Of a DNA stretch of 64,000 bases, positions 1 through 13,028 are shown one piece after another; within the stretch, counting starts at the first letter, position 1; each line of letters starts with the position of its first letter. The DNA is taken from contig JAGIQG010000043.1 in the NCBI GenBank assembly GCA_024679065.1, positions 2,418,001 through 2,482,000 of the forward strand, given 5' to 3'. Position numbers and translations under genes: made by a program. Source of the stretch: Sphyrna mokarran. Lineage: Eukaryota. The notes under the pieces are model-generated. The model did not search any database and was not told the DNA's origin. It saw only the letters and a list, made by a program, of their open reading frames with translations.

Positions 1-42
1 ACTGTAGTGCCACCTCAGGGATTCAGGGATGGTGTTGTAAGA

Positions 43-2362
43 GAACATAAAACATACAACATAGAACATTACAGCACAGAACAGGCCCTTCGGCCTTCGA
101 TGTTGCGCCGACCAATATAAAAAGCAATGCCCCTCCAAACTAAACCATTCCCTTCTCTTCCATATACTTATCAACTAACCTCTTAAACGCCACCAAACTT
201 GGCGCATCTACAACTGCTGCAGGCAGGGCATTCCACTCCCGAACCACCCTTTGGGTAAAGAACCTACCTCTGATATCCGTCCTATAACTATCACCCCTTA
301 ACTTAAAGCTGTGTCCCCTCGTGCTAGCTTTTTCCATCCTAGGAAAAAGGCTATCACTGTCCACCCTATCTAAACCTCTAATCATCTTATATGTTTCGAT
401 TAGGTCCCCTCTTAGCCGCCTCCTTTCTAACGAAAACAACCTCAAATCCCTCAGCCTCTCTTCATAAGACCTGCCCTCCATACCAGGCAACATCCTGGTA
501 AACCTCCTCTGTACCCTCTCCAATGCCTCCACATCTTTCTTATAATGTGGGGACCAGAACTGCACACAATACTCCAAGTGCGGCCGCACTAGAGTTTTGT
601 ACAGTTGCAACATGACGTTGCGGCTCCGAAATTCAATCCCTCTACCAATAAAAGCCAAGACTCCATATGCCTTCCTAACAACCTTCTCGACCTGACTGCC
701 TACTTTCAGGGATCTATGCACATACACACCAAGATCCCTCTGTTCATCTAGACTACTAAGAATCCTACCATTTGCCCTATACTCTACACATTTATTGTTT
801 CTGCCATAGTGCATTACCTCACACTTTTCCACATTAAACTCCATTTGCCACCTCTCGGCCCAGCTCTGCAGCTTGTCCAAGTCTCTCTGCAAACTATAAC
901 ACCCCTCTTCACTATCTACCACTCCACCGACTTTAGTGTCATCTGCAAATTTACTAATCCATCCTTCAATACCCTCATCCAGATCATTTATAAAAATTAC
1001 AAACAGCAGGGGCCCCAAAACAGACCCCTGAGGTACACCACTTGTCACTGAACTCCAAGATGAATATCTCCCATCAACCACCACCCTCTGTCTTCTATCT
1101 GCTAGCCAATTCCTAACCCAATTAGCTAAATCACCCTCTATCCCATACATCTGCATTTTCTGCAGAAGTCTTCCATGGGCCACCTTATCAAACGCCTTAC
1201 TAAAGTCCATATATACCACATCAACCGCCTTACCCCCATCCACCTCCTTAGTCACTTTTTCAAAAAACTCAATGAGGTTAGTAAGGCACGACCTACCCTT
1301 CACAAAACCATGCTGACTATCCCCAATCAATTCATTTCTCTCTAAATAACTATAAATCCTATCCCTAATAATTCTCTCCAATACTTTGCCCACAACAGAA
1401 GTAAGACTCACTGGCCTATAATTCCCTGGAAGGTCTCTCTTCCCCTTCTTGAACAATGGGACCACATTCGCTATCCTCCAGTCCTCCGGAACCACACCCG
1501 TAACCAACGAGGACCTGAAGATCAGAGCCAGAGGCTCTGCAATCTCCTCTCTTGCCTCCCAGAGAATCCTAGGGTAAATCCCGTCCGGCCCAGGGGACTT
1601 ATCCAACTTCAAACCCTCGAGAATATCTAGCACATCCTCCCTATCTACTTCGATACCTTCCAGTTTGCTACCCTGTACCTCAGTGTTCTCCATAACTACA
1701 TTTACATCACCCTGCGTGAATACCGAAGAGAAATATTTATTCAGTACCTCTCCAATCTCTTCAGGCTCCACGCACAACTTCCCACTGCTGTCTATGACTG
1801 GCCCTAATCTTGCCCTAACCAATCTTCTATTCTTAACATATCTAAAGAAAGCTTTAGGATTCTCCTTAATCCTATCAGCCAAAGTCTTCTCGTGTCCCCT
1901 CTTAGCTCTCCTCAATTCACTCTTTAGCTCCCTCCTGGCTAATTATAGCTATCCATTGCAGTAACCGAGCCTTCAAGCCTCATCCTGACATAAGCCTCCT
2001 TTTTCCTTTTAACCAGCGAATTAACTTTTTTCGTACACCAAGGTTCCCTTACTCGACCATTTCCTCCTTGCCTGACAGGGACATAATTATCAAGGACTCG
2101 CAGCAGCTGCTCCTTGAATAAGCTCCACATTCCAGATGTTCCCAGTCCCTGTAGTTTCCTAGTCCAATCTATGCACCCTAATTCTCTCCTGATGGCCTCA
2201 TAATTACCCTTCCCCCAGCTATAACTACTGCCCCCAGCTTCATGCCTATCCCTATCCATCAATAAGGTGAACGTAACCGAATTGTGGTCACTATCACCAA
2301 AATGTTCACCAACTTCCAAGCCTAACACCTGGTCTGGCTCATTGCCCAGCACCAAATCCAAT
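43..2362 (-). mobile_element. Young 5'-truncated CR1 LINE (end of endonuclease + RT), 1-bp frameshift near 1944
   Basis: 591-codon ORF with PGPDG, YRPVSLTS, QHGF, DFSKAFD, GVPQGSVLGP, FADD; GDSDH endonuclease motif upstream; (tgttcta)n-type tail. Confidence 0.95.
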
Positions 2363-3774
2363 GGATGTGATTTCCTGATATGACGACTTACAGACTTTTG
2401 TTTTCCTACTCGAGTTAGGGGTCGGCGGGTATTTTGTGTGTCGGGGGGGGGGAGGTGCAGGAAATGGAGCGGGTTCGGGGGGGTATGGTTAGAGAGAGCA
2501 TTTCGCCTAAACTTGGAAGAGGCCCCTCAGGTATTATTAAGGTCTACTTTGAAGAGTCAACAGCGTTGACTTCGCATTTTTTATTTCTGCTCTTGTTTTT
2601 GGCGTCTCCATCAATGTTGGACATTCTTCCTGATCTTTTCTTACTGTAATGTTTTTATACAATGGGATCACATAACAGCTATCTCAGAGGTCCGCAATTT
2701 TAAGTGAACAAAGTCAGAGTGAGCGCAGATTGAAATATTTAATTTTCAAAATGAGAGCAAAATATGCAATCTTTCTTTATAACGATTGTTCACCTTTTCA
2801 GGGTCTCTAAAACCACGACGTGTTTTTGATTGATTATTCCAATTATTGCCGTTATTAACTGAAGTTGAATTCTACATTTTCCCAATTTTATTGTATTTCC
2901 CAAACGGATTTGTCTGAATATGTCGAAGGATATGACCGCTGGTGCATTGTGTCCCAGTTTTACAATTCAACTGGTCTACTTCTCTTATATGAGATTTTGA
3001 TTTAACAGTTAATTGCATGCTTTTGCATTTGAAATATTTCATGATCAATATTTATCCCAATTTGCCTATGATCCACCTATCTGTTTCATGTTCTATGCAC
3101 AACAAATGAACTCATATGAGGCTGATTTGACATCTACATATATACATCAGCGGGGGTTAACAACCATAAACTAACGACATTTTTCTTCATTAAACAAAGG
3201 CAGATATGAAGACAAGAAGGAGGCTAGAAGTTAAGTGGATTGGCTCAGATTTCCAAACGGATCCTCTGCAGTCACGGACAGGAACTAAACGGTCAATCTG
3301 AATATTGAAGAATCTCAACAAACAACTAAACAATGTGAAGATAAAGGGTTTCTATTAGTAATATCGATAATAATATTTTAAGAAAGACATGATTGATTTC
3401 AATGTGTTTGGAACTTTCCACAGACGAGTGAATTTGTGAATCCCTGGGATCTTACTTCCCTACATAAACTTTGGATAGCTTGTTGTAATATTACTGGATT
3501 TATTTTATAGATTATATTGCTATTGGGACAACACCCTAAAGGAGTGTTTATTTATGAATCTAACCAGGTAAGAATCTTTGCTGGAAAATGTTCTGTAAAA
3601 TTAATGTTAATAGTGTAATGTAATCTCTGTGAAATTTTTGTTTCATTTTTAATAAATACATAACTTCATTATTTATAAGTATTAAAGGTGTTGTGGAATT
3701 TCTAGCACCTGATCTCGTACACCCACCTTCTTGTAGAAAGGGACAAGTAAAGGACGGATGGAATGATGTGATTT

Positions 3775-4480
3775 TTCGTTGTCACATGTATTGGGATACA
3801 GTGAAATGTATTGTTTCTTGCGGCCCATATCGACAAGTGAATTAGAGATAAGGAAAAGAGAGGGTGCACAACATAATGCTGCAGTTACCGATTTTGTGTG
3901 GACAAAATTCAGCTGAATATGTGATCAGACCATTCTAAAGTCTGATAGCAGCAGGGAAGAAGCTGTCTTTGATTCGGTTGGTACATGTTTGCAAATTTTG
4001 TGTCATATTCCGGATAGAAGATGGTGAAGGAAAGTATCTCCAAGGTGTGTTGGGTCTTGATTATGCTAGTTGCTTTTCTGAGGCAGCGGGAAGTATAGAC
4101 AGAGTCACTGGATAGGAGGCTGGTTTGCGTGACGGACTGAGCGATGTTCACGACACGTGATCATTTCTTGTAGTCTTGGAGCAGAATACTTACGAAGCTG
4201 TGATACACAGAGAATGGATGCTTTCCATGTGTCTTCTGTAAACTTTGGTGAGTTCCACAGTGACATAACGAATTTCCATAGCTTCATGCTTGGCTTTCTC
4301 AATTATTGCATGGAGCATGGAAGGTTCAGGATATGTTGCTGGTGATGAGAACACCTAGAAATTTGCATCTCCTGACCATCTCTGCTTCATCATCTTTGAT
4401 GTAAACAGGGGCACATCATCTACTATGCTTTCTGAAGTTGGTGACTACCTTCTTCCTTTTGCTGACATTGATAGACAAAT
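3775..4480 (-). mobile_element. Decayed Rex1/Babar-like LINE 3' part (mirror 51065-51770)
   Basis: VYTSRCLRKATSIIK remnant and the shared tail aaacaatac.tttcactgtatcccaatacatgtgac. Confidence 0.6.
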
Positions 4481-4924
4481 TAGCATGCTAACCAATGTGC
4501 CAACGTGGGAGGAAAGATGTTTTCCAGAGTAGGCATTCAGGGCCATTTTGCAAAACGCCTCATCGGCAGAATTTTCAAGCGAGATTGCCTAGTGGTGAAA
4601 AAAGCAACACCCCAACCCCACTCTCCCACCCCGTCAGATCCTTCCAACATGCCCACTGAGTTCCTGGAACAACATGTTGCCCCCCATATGACTGTGCTGG
4701 GGAAAAGTCGAATGTCCATTTCTTTTCAAAGTATATTCTGGAGAGAGATTATTTTTTTTTTGCCTTGGTTCATCCCCTGCATTCCTGTGACTTGGGGTTC
4801 TGCGCTCTTGGGCCTGTTCCCAGGGATAGACACCAAGGCAAAACATCAACAATTGCTACAGGATAATCAATTTAGTGAAAAATGTTCTTTTGTCTGCCCG
4901 GAATGAGTTGGTTTATTTCCTTTT

Positions 4925-6912
4925 AATTCATTTTTGCGACGTGGGGGTTTCTTGCTGGCCAGAATTTATTGCCCGTCCCTACTTACCTGTGGCTAGTTGG
5001 AAGTCAACAAAATTGCTGTGGCGCTGGAGTCACATGTAGGTCACAATGTCAATGTACGGACGGCAGATTTCCTTTCTGAACAACAGCTTTGAACCACGTG
5101 GGGATTTCCTGCAATCGACAATATTTTCATAGTCATCAGTACAAAGAACAAAGAACAACACAGCACGGGAAACAGGCCCTTCGGCCCAATGAGCCCGCGC
5201 TGCCATCCTAATGTCTTAATGACATATAGAGACTAATATAGGGACAATTTGTTACCCAATCAGCCTAAGAGCACATTTTTGGGATGTGGGAGGAAACCAG
5301 AGCACCCGGAGAAAACCCAGGCAACCACGGGGAGAACGCACAAACTCCCGCAGACACAGGCCCAAATCCATGTGTCTGCACAGAAACAGCGATAGTCTCT
5401 GAGCTGTCATGTTGCCCATCTGATGGTCCAGTTTAAGCATACACTAACGACGTGAAGCACTAGGCCACTCCTGAAGTAACCTCCAGGAGCAGCCCTCGCA
5501 CGACCTGCCAAATGCATGCACCTTGTTGGTCAACAAGGTGGACCGAATAGCCTGTGGAAACAATTAAAGTATTTAAACAGTCCTCATATATCCCTCTATC
5601 TGCAGACCGCTCATGTGGCTGTCCAAGAGACCCTTAAACAACCCTAGCGTGCCTGCTCCCACCACCTTACTCAGTAGTGCATTCCACACCCCCACTACCC
5701 TTTGTGTGAAAAAATGCCCTCTAATATTAGTCTTATACATAGCCCCCTCACCCTAAGGCCGTGACCCCTCGTTCTATCCGAATCTAATGGTGGAAAAAGC
5801 TTACCACCATTTACTCTATCTATACCCCTCATAATCTTATATACCTCTAATAGATCCCCTCTCAGCCGACGTCTTTCAAGGGAAAACAACCCCAGTACGT
5901 TCAACCTTTCCTCATAAGACAGCCCTTCCATACCAGGCAGCATCCTGGTAAATCTCCTCTGCACTCTCTCCAGGGACTCCACATCCTTCCTGTAGTACGG
6001 CGACCAGAACTGGACGCAGTACTCCAGATGAGGCCTAACCAACGTTCTATACACCTGCAACATCAGACTCCTACTCTTGTATTCTATACCCCTTCCTATG
6101 AAGGCTAACATACCATACGCTTTCTTTATCACCTTTTCCACCTGTACTGACACCTTCAGAGACTTGTGAACCTGCACCCCCAGGTCTCTCTGCGTCTCTA
6201 TACTCCGGATAGTTTTACCTTTTATCCTATAACTCCCCTCTACATTATTCCGGCCAAAATGCATCACCTCGCATTTATCCGGATTAAATTCCATTTGCCA
6301 TCTATCTGCCCAATCTACCAGCCTATCAATGTCTGTTGTATTGCCTGGCACTGCTCCTCAGTCCCCGCCAATCCAAGTATCTTAGTGTCATCAGCAAATT
6401 TGCTGATCACACCACCTACCCCGTCTTCCAAGTCATTTATATAAATCACAAATAGAAGAGGTCCTAGTACTGAGCCCTGTGGCACACCACTAGTGACTGA
6501 CCTCCAGTTGGAAAAAGAGCCTTCCACTAATACCCGCTGTCTCCTCCTCCCAAGCCAGTTCTCAACCCATCTACATACCTGGCCCTGTATCCCATGCGCC
6601 TTCACCATTTTTATCAGCCTACCGTGGGGAACCTCGTCAAACGCCTTACTGAAATCCATGTAGACGACATCAACGGCTTGTCCTTCATCAACTGTTTTTG
6701 TCACCTCTTCAAAAAATTCCACTAGATTCATAAGGCACGACCACCCCTTAACGAAGCCATGCTGCGTATCCCTGATTCTTAATTTCAGATTTTTTCTATC
6801 TAATTCAAGTTCTGTCAGTGGCTGGGTCGGGATTCGCACCAAGCTCCCGAGAGCATTAGCTAAGTTTCTGGATTAATAGTCCAGCGACTATGTCACTAGG
6901 CCAACGCCTCCT
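4925..6912 (-). mobile_element. tRNA-derived DeuSINE/SacSINE1-like SINE split by the CR1 (pieces 4925-5140 and 6775-6912); mirror 48633-50620
   Basis: tRNA-like head (ggaggcgttggcctagtg..ggtgcgaatccc on the element strand), core ggaaatctgccgtcc, and tail gggcaataaattctggccag. Confidence 0.65.
5141..6774 (-). mobile_element. 5'-truncated CR1 LINE with a long 3' UTR containing an HE1/V-SINE core
   Basis: RT ORF fragments 5695-6351 and 6315-6842; (tgttctt)n tail at 5141. Confidence 0.9.
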
Positions 6913-8537
6913 TCATCCAGAACAAAGAGTTGTCCCCGACTGCTTGTTGGAGACTGGCACAACCCAGGACTATGTGCTGAGGAAGGCCCTAAAACCTGAG
7001 ACAGCCACTGCAGTGGTGCAATTGGGAAAGGTCGATGTCTTAGACCCTACAGCGAGAGTGCAACGAGGGGAGAAACGAACCTCATATCCCCCAACTCCAG
7101 TCTCTATGACTCGCATTGAATGCATGCACTGAATATTAAATGAATCGCAGTCCCCTAGGAACAACTCAGAACATAACCTGATCTATGTAGACAACTTAAA
7201 TCCCATTACCCCATGTGTAATGACCATTTGAAATAGCCTGTAAGGTTTGTTTTTGACTGGGTGCACGTGCACCCAAGACCAACATGAAGTACTTAAAGAA
7301 TTTCAATATTTTTGTACATTCCGTGACGTCCATTTTGAAATGATGTGATGTTCTTCCAGATATTTTACCAATAAATTTTATTTTTGCAACACACAAAAAT
7401 ACGGGAAGAGCTTCCATTTGATGAGGCTCACGGCAGCCAATGTGATTGACAGCATCATCTATTCCATGGCGGTTCCAACCTTGTTTTCTTTGAAATGCGG
7501 AGATCTCTTTCTTGGCACTGCATTCCTGTTTAGAAACGGTTCCTGCCAAGACCATCCTGCTTCAGTCCATCAGATTATCAAAGGGGGCTATTCCAGAGTC
7601 TGATTCAGCATCATCCCTGCCGTTTGATTCTCTGTCAAAAGTTAATTGAGTCCCACATACCGTTACTGGCAAAGAACAGGAAATGGGAATTATTTGAAGT
7701 AATTGAACACTTCAGAACGCCCTAAAAGAGGATGCACCTGCTCCATCTCTACTTTATTCATACTTCCCTCATGTCATATCCCTGAATTTGATTTCCCCTC
7801 ATTCTTCTCAGTTCCAGAGAGTGGATGCCTAAACGGTTCAATGTCTCTTCATTCACCTCATCACTGGAATAAACCTAGTGAACTCCCTCTGAACTGCGTC
7901 CAATGCCACGACAGCATTCCTCCAATAAAGGTAGGGTAACTGGTCACAATACTCCAGGCGCGGCCTCAACAATGCCTTGTCTAGTTGCATCAATACTTCC
8001 TTAACATTCTATTCTATTCGTTTAGCTGCAGACTGATTTCTATGTCGTTTTTCATGACAACACTGATCTCTTTAACCAAATGTTGTGACTGCCTTCTGAA
8101 ACAAAGGTTGGTTGAGAGTCTAGAAATCAATGCCTGAAGGAAGAGTACCTTACAACGTTTGAGAAGTATTGACATGTCCACTTTCAATGTACAAGGTATA
8201 CAATAAAATGGGTAAAGTGTTGTAAATGGTAATAGAATAGTTAGGTGGTTTGTCTCTGCCTGGCACAGACACGATGGGCTGAAGGACATTTCCTGTGCTA
8301 TTTACCTTTATGACTCTATGTAAATGTGTTCTTTAAGATGGATGCCTGCTGAGAAATATATGCCCATATCCAAAACCCCTTAAATCCTAAAGAAAATGAA
8401 GGCCTATTCCCCGAGTCATGTCCCACATTTAAAATTCCTCCTTCACTTATTGAAGTTTTAAATGTTATCCTCCAATGACTGCTCTTGCTTGGGAGCGTCT
8501 TCAGGCTGCAGTGTATAGTTTGACTGTTATAGAGCTC

Positions 8538-8960
8538 ACATAGAACATACAACATTACAGCACAGTGTAGGCGCTTCGGCCCTCGATGTTGTGCCGAGCT
8601 ATGTCCAATCCCAAGATCAAGCTATCCCACTCCCTATCATTCTGGCGCGCTCCATATGCCTATTCAATAACCGCTTGAAAGTTCCTAAAGTGTCCGACTC
8701 CACTATTACAGCAGGTAGTGTTTTCCACACCAAAACCATTCTCTGAGTAAAGAATCTATCCCAAACATCTCTCGTTATCTCCCACGTTATAGTTATACCC
8801 CCCTAGTAACAGCTACATCCATCCGAGGAAATAGTCAGTGCACATCCACTCTATCAATCCCCCTCATCATCTTATAAACCTCTATTAAGTAGCCTCTCAT
8901 CGTCCTCCGCTCCAAAGAGGAAAGCCCCAACTCCCTCAACCTTTCCTTGTAAGACCTCAC
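8538..8960 (-). mobile_element. CR1 3' fragment (mirror 46585-47007)
   Basis: SYKERLRELGLSSLERRTMRGYLIEVYKMMRGIDRVD plus CR1 tail. Confidence 0.85.
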
Positions 8961-9084
8961 AATGGAGACAGCTGTACAATACAGGGGAGTTAGAATTGGA
9001 AACTCAATCATCAATCGACAGCTGCTCACCTTATACTCATCATGAAACAGCCAGCTGGATTATTTTAACTCAAACACCAATTCA

Positions 9085-9950
9085 TTATAAACATTTTTTC
9101 CTGCTTTCACTAAAGAGATGGTTGGCGTGGGAGTCTTGTGCTATTTTATCTTGCAAGGGAATGCGATCTCGACTGGCTAGGTGAATGCGTATCGTCTGCC
9201 CTAATTGCTTCACGAGATGGTTGTGATGAGCTGCATTCTTGAGCCGCTGATTTCCCCGTGGTTTATGTACAGTCACTGCGCTGTTAGAGAGGTGTACAAA
9301 ATTTTGTCCCAGCGAAGTGAAGGGAGGATGATCTACTTCCAAACAAGAATGGTGTGAGACTTGGAGGGAAATCTCCAAATGTTGGTGCTCCCTCGCGCCT
9401 GCTCTCCTTGTCCTTCTTGTTAATTGAAGGACAAGTGTAACAGAGGGATGAAAATTGTTTTCAATGGGGAAAATTGCTACAGTGCATCTTGCCCAAGGCA
9501 CTCACGGCTGTCACTCTGCATTGGTTGAAGAGGGAGTGAAAATTTATTGTATGTGTAGCAATCAAATGGGGCTGCTTTACCCACCTGACCAATCCTTCAC
9601 ATTGCCCATGTCTTGTTGCCTGGTGGACCCGAAGTTCTCAGTTGTGGAGGAGTTTTGAATGGATCATAGTTTATCGATGTTTAGCCTGTAGGTGACAATT
9701 AGAAGTGGGAACAATTTTCGATTGAACTGAACTCAAGAGTTAAAAGTACAGACAGAGGAATGGTTGCTTTTGATTCCGGGTTATGATTCAATAGCTCAGA
9801 ATGGAATCCAGCCAAGGTCACTTCCATCAAGTTGGACAGGTATTGGAGAAGGGCGGTATTGTCAACCCGGTTGCTGGCTACATGTGGAGAATGATGTGGA
9901 CGGAGAGTTTATCGCAGTCACTAACACAAATGATATGTGTTGCTTTGAAG
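9085..9950 (-). mobile_element. Decayed L2/CR1-group LINE 3' portion (mirror 45595-46460)
   Basis: 3' end resembles the shark LINE tail shared with the DeuSINE-like SINE (gcggctcaagaatgcagctcatcacaaccatctc..caattaggg on the element strand); no intact ORF. Confidence 0.45.
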
Positions 9951-10184
9951 TGGACCGTGGCTATGAAGGCAACTAATTGGAGTGAGGCAGAAATGGAATT
10001 CTGGTAAAGTTGAGCGTAGAAATATAATCTTATAGCATATTGGAGGACATTAGTGAGGAAAGGGATGTTGGTGACGAGATGTTAAATTAGAAGGACAAAG
10101 CTTTTAAGGGAGTGAGACGAGGACAGCGTATTTGCAGTAAGGGACAATTGCCAAGAAGAGGGATCTGCTATATTATAGGCTCAG

Positions 10185-10690
10185 TAAGAAGTCTCACAAC
10201 ACCAGGTTGAAGTCAAACAAGTTTATTTAGTAGCACAAGCTACGAGCTTTCGGAGCGCTGCTCCTTCATTAGGTAAACGGGAGTTCTGATCACAAACAGG
10301 GCTTATAAAGATATAGACTCAATTTACAAAACAATGGTTGGAATGCGAGTCTTTACAGGTAATTAAGTCTTAAAAGTACAAACAATGTGAGTGGGGAGAG
10401 GGTTACACACAGGTTAAAGAGATGTGTATTGTCTCTTGCCAGGACAGATGGTGAGATTTTGGAAGTCTGGTAGTAAATGCGGGATCACTTTTAACATTTA
10501 AGAAAAACTTGGACGTGTTCATGGATGAGAGGGACCTGGAGGAATATGGTCCAAGGGCAGGTCAGTGGAACTGGACAAAAAATGATTCAGCACAGACAAT
10601 GGCCAAAAGACCTGTTTCTGAGCTGTAAATTTTCTATGGTTTTTATGGTTTCTAAGTCCGGAGAAGTCGTGGGGGGTTGCAGGTAGTGCA
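10185..10690 (-). mobile_element. Penelope-like terminal fragment with hammerhead remnant, interrupted by a short CR1 3' piece (~10470-10650); mirror 44855-45360
   Basis: On the element strand: acctaatgaaggagcagcgctccgaaagct..aataaacttgtttgacttcaacctggtgttgtgagactt. Confidence 0.6.
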
Positions 10691-10749
10691 GGCTCAATCT
10701 TGTGTGAAACTGCCTTCCCACTAACAGATCCGCTGAAACAACACTTGTT

Positions 10750-11510
10750 GTTGTGTCTGTTGTTTTCCCGTTATCAAGCGAAAAACGTGCTAGTCCCGTC
10801 TCCTAAGTATGCCATCAATTGCTTTGTCATACAATCATTGAAGTCTTGAACTGTACGTTCCATCAGCTAAAATGTGTTGGTAATCTTTGGAGAGCATGCA
10901 ATGCTAGGAATCAGCGCTAGTAAACTCCTCGCCGTTGTGGGAAACATCTCATCCTGGTATTCCATATACACCTGCACATTGACATATCTAGGTCACCGCC
11001 TGGGAGGTAGTGTAGCCCACTCGGTGCACCTACAACCCCTTTTAGTAGGAGTCCACCGTGATTAAACTCAAGGAGATCATAAAGTCCACTGGCCTTCATG
11101 GCCCTTCCAGGGCACTCCCAGATGTGTAGGAAAGCTAAGGGAGGGCGTATTTGATTTTCCTGGCACCGATCACATTGGTTCACCAACTGTAATAACTACA
11201 TCAGGAAGGTAGACCGGACAGAGCTCCAAACCAGCGCGTTATTCCAAATAATCGCAGGAACACCCTTATGTAGTTGCGTTGATTTGGAGGCCGTGCTGGG
11301 GCCGGTAAATATTCGGACACCCGAGGAGTGACCCGTCCTCAGCACGAAGTAAACTTCCTTAATGAGGTATGGTTTCATTTCTTTAAGATGGTGGAATCCG
11401 CCGTGTAGGATCACGTGACTAATTTTAGATAAGAAAGAGTCATTAGAGGCGTTAATTTATACTTTTGTCGCTGGAAATGTCTCCAAAATATTTAGCGTCT
11501 TCATTTCCCC
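10750..11510 (-). mobile_element. Decayed Ty3/Gypsy integrase remnant (mirror 44035-44795)
   Basis: QLHKG then VNQCDRCQENQIRPPLAFLHIWECPGR: HHCC zinc-finger end plus the PLHPWEWP-like linker; many disruptions. Confidence 0.65.
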
Positions 11511-12426
11511 TTCTATTGTTGGTAAGTGAGCCCGGCTTGTGGCAACCAGAGAACTTGCAATGAATAAACATTAGCTATCCGGATTCCAGACCGGATGTTC
11601 CTGAAGATATTTGAAGGCTGACAATAAAGCAGAGCTATATCAGGACAGAGATTTTGGTGGCAAAGGGAGGTGGGACTGGTGGTGGATAGAGAAGGAGAGT
11701 GCAATTGCCTTATCCACTTGTAGAGGCCTAATCGGTGTTTATGTTTTGTATCTAATTAAATAAAACATTTTGAACCTGTTGATGGAAGTTCTGGACACCA
11801 AATACAGCCCCAGCTCTGACAAAGGATTATCCAGACCCGTTAGCCTATTCTCCCTCTACTGATGCTGTCAGACCTGATGAGATTTTCCAGAATTTCCTGC
11901 TTTTATTTCAGATTCCAGCACTAAATTACTTTCAGCTAGTTTATTAGAAGTGGCTTTACAACTCTCCTCGGCTCCCGGAATCTGTACTATTGGCTTATTT
12001 TCCCATCACCTTTTGAAAATTCATTCTGTTGGCTATTTATAGCTGACATCATAACCGCAGCCATTTGCTCAATTGTAGAATTATTAATTTTCTCAGTCTG
12101 CTCGGATGCAGACGTGTGGGGTCACGGCCACAAAGCCCTATCATTACAGATGTCGCCATTGTAGATGCCAGATCAGGCTTCTCGAAGTTTAACCTACGGA
12201 AAGCGATGGACTGGGATGGGGTACCAGGATAAGCACTTAGATCCTGTGCAGATCAGCTGGCGGGAATATTCGCAGACATCTTCAGTCTCTCTTTCCAACA
12301 GCCATATGTCCCTATCTGCTTCTAGAAGACAATCACCAACCCATTACCAAAGCTTGCCTTAATAGCTATCGTTAGGCGGCTCTGACATCCATCACTCTGA
12401 AGATCTTTGAAAGGCTAGTCATGACA

Positions 12427-12970
12427 TGCTCCATCGGAATGATGGTGTTGACGGCTAATATGTAGTCAATGGAAAGGAGCCTGGCATAGGTGCCTTTGTT
12501 ACATTGGTGTTCCAGGATTGAGTGCAGGGCTAGAGAGATAACATAGAACATAGAACATAGAACATTACAGTGCAGTACAGGCCCTTCGGCCCTCGAAGTT
12601 GCGCCGGCCAGTCAACCCTCTAACCTAAACTATTCCAATATCATCCATATGCCTATCCACGGACCATTTGAATGCCCCCAAAGTAGGCGAGTCCACAACT
12701 GCTGCAGGCAGGGCATTCCACGCCCTCACCACGCTCTGTGTAAAGAACCTGCCTCTGATATCCGTCCTATAAATACCATTTCTTAATTTAAAGTTATGTC
12801 CCCTCGTGTTGGTCATCACCATCCGAGGAAAAAAGGCTCTCACTATCCACCCTATCCAGTCCTTTGATCATCTTATACGCCTCAATTAGGTCACCGAGTA
12901 ACCTTCTTCTCTCTAATGAAACTAACCTCAGGTCCCTCAGCCTTTCCTCATAAGGCCTTACCACCATACC
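12427..12970 (-). repeat. ~545-bp inverted duplicate of the adjacent CR1 3' end plus ~115 bp of its 3' flank (mirror at 42575-43118)
   Basis: Reverse complement of ~14081-14626 with scattered substitutions (e.g. RNG/RSG, DIR/DVR, SVD/SMD in the translated ORFs). Confidence 0.92.
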
Positions 12971-13028
12971 TCCCAGACTGCCAGGATCGATGACCTTTTG
13001 CCTATCACTGCAATCGCTCCGCAGCAGA

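Larger units (their letters stand above)
4750..7140 (+). mobile_element. Tx1-like LINE 3' remnant (4750-4860 and 6913-7140) hosting the nested SINE and CR1
   Basis: Peptide remnants LLGLFPGIDT and QDYVLRKALK..LGK resemble the C-terminus of shark Tx1-type ORF2. Confidence 0.45.

Noticed and set aside
140-1915. Autonomous active retrotransposon or domesticated RT gene
   Set aside because: 5'-truncated: no ORF1, most of the endonuclease missing, frameshift near 1944.
7196-7600. 119-aa ORF as a host exon
   Set aside because: No recognisable domain or convincing splice context; lies in repeat-rich decayed sequence.
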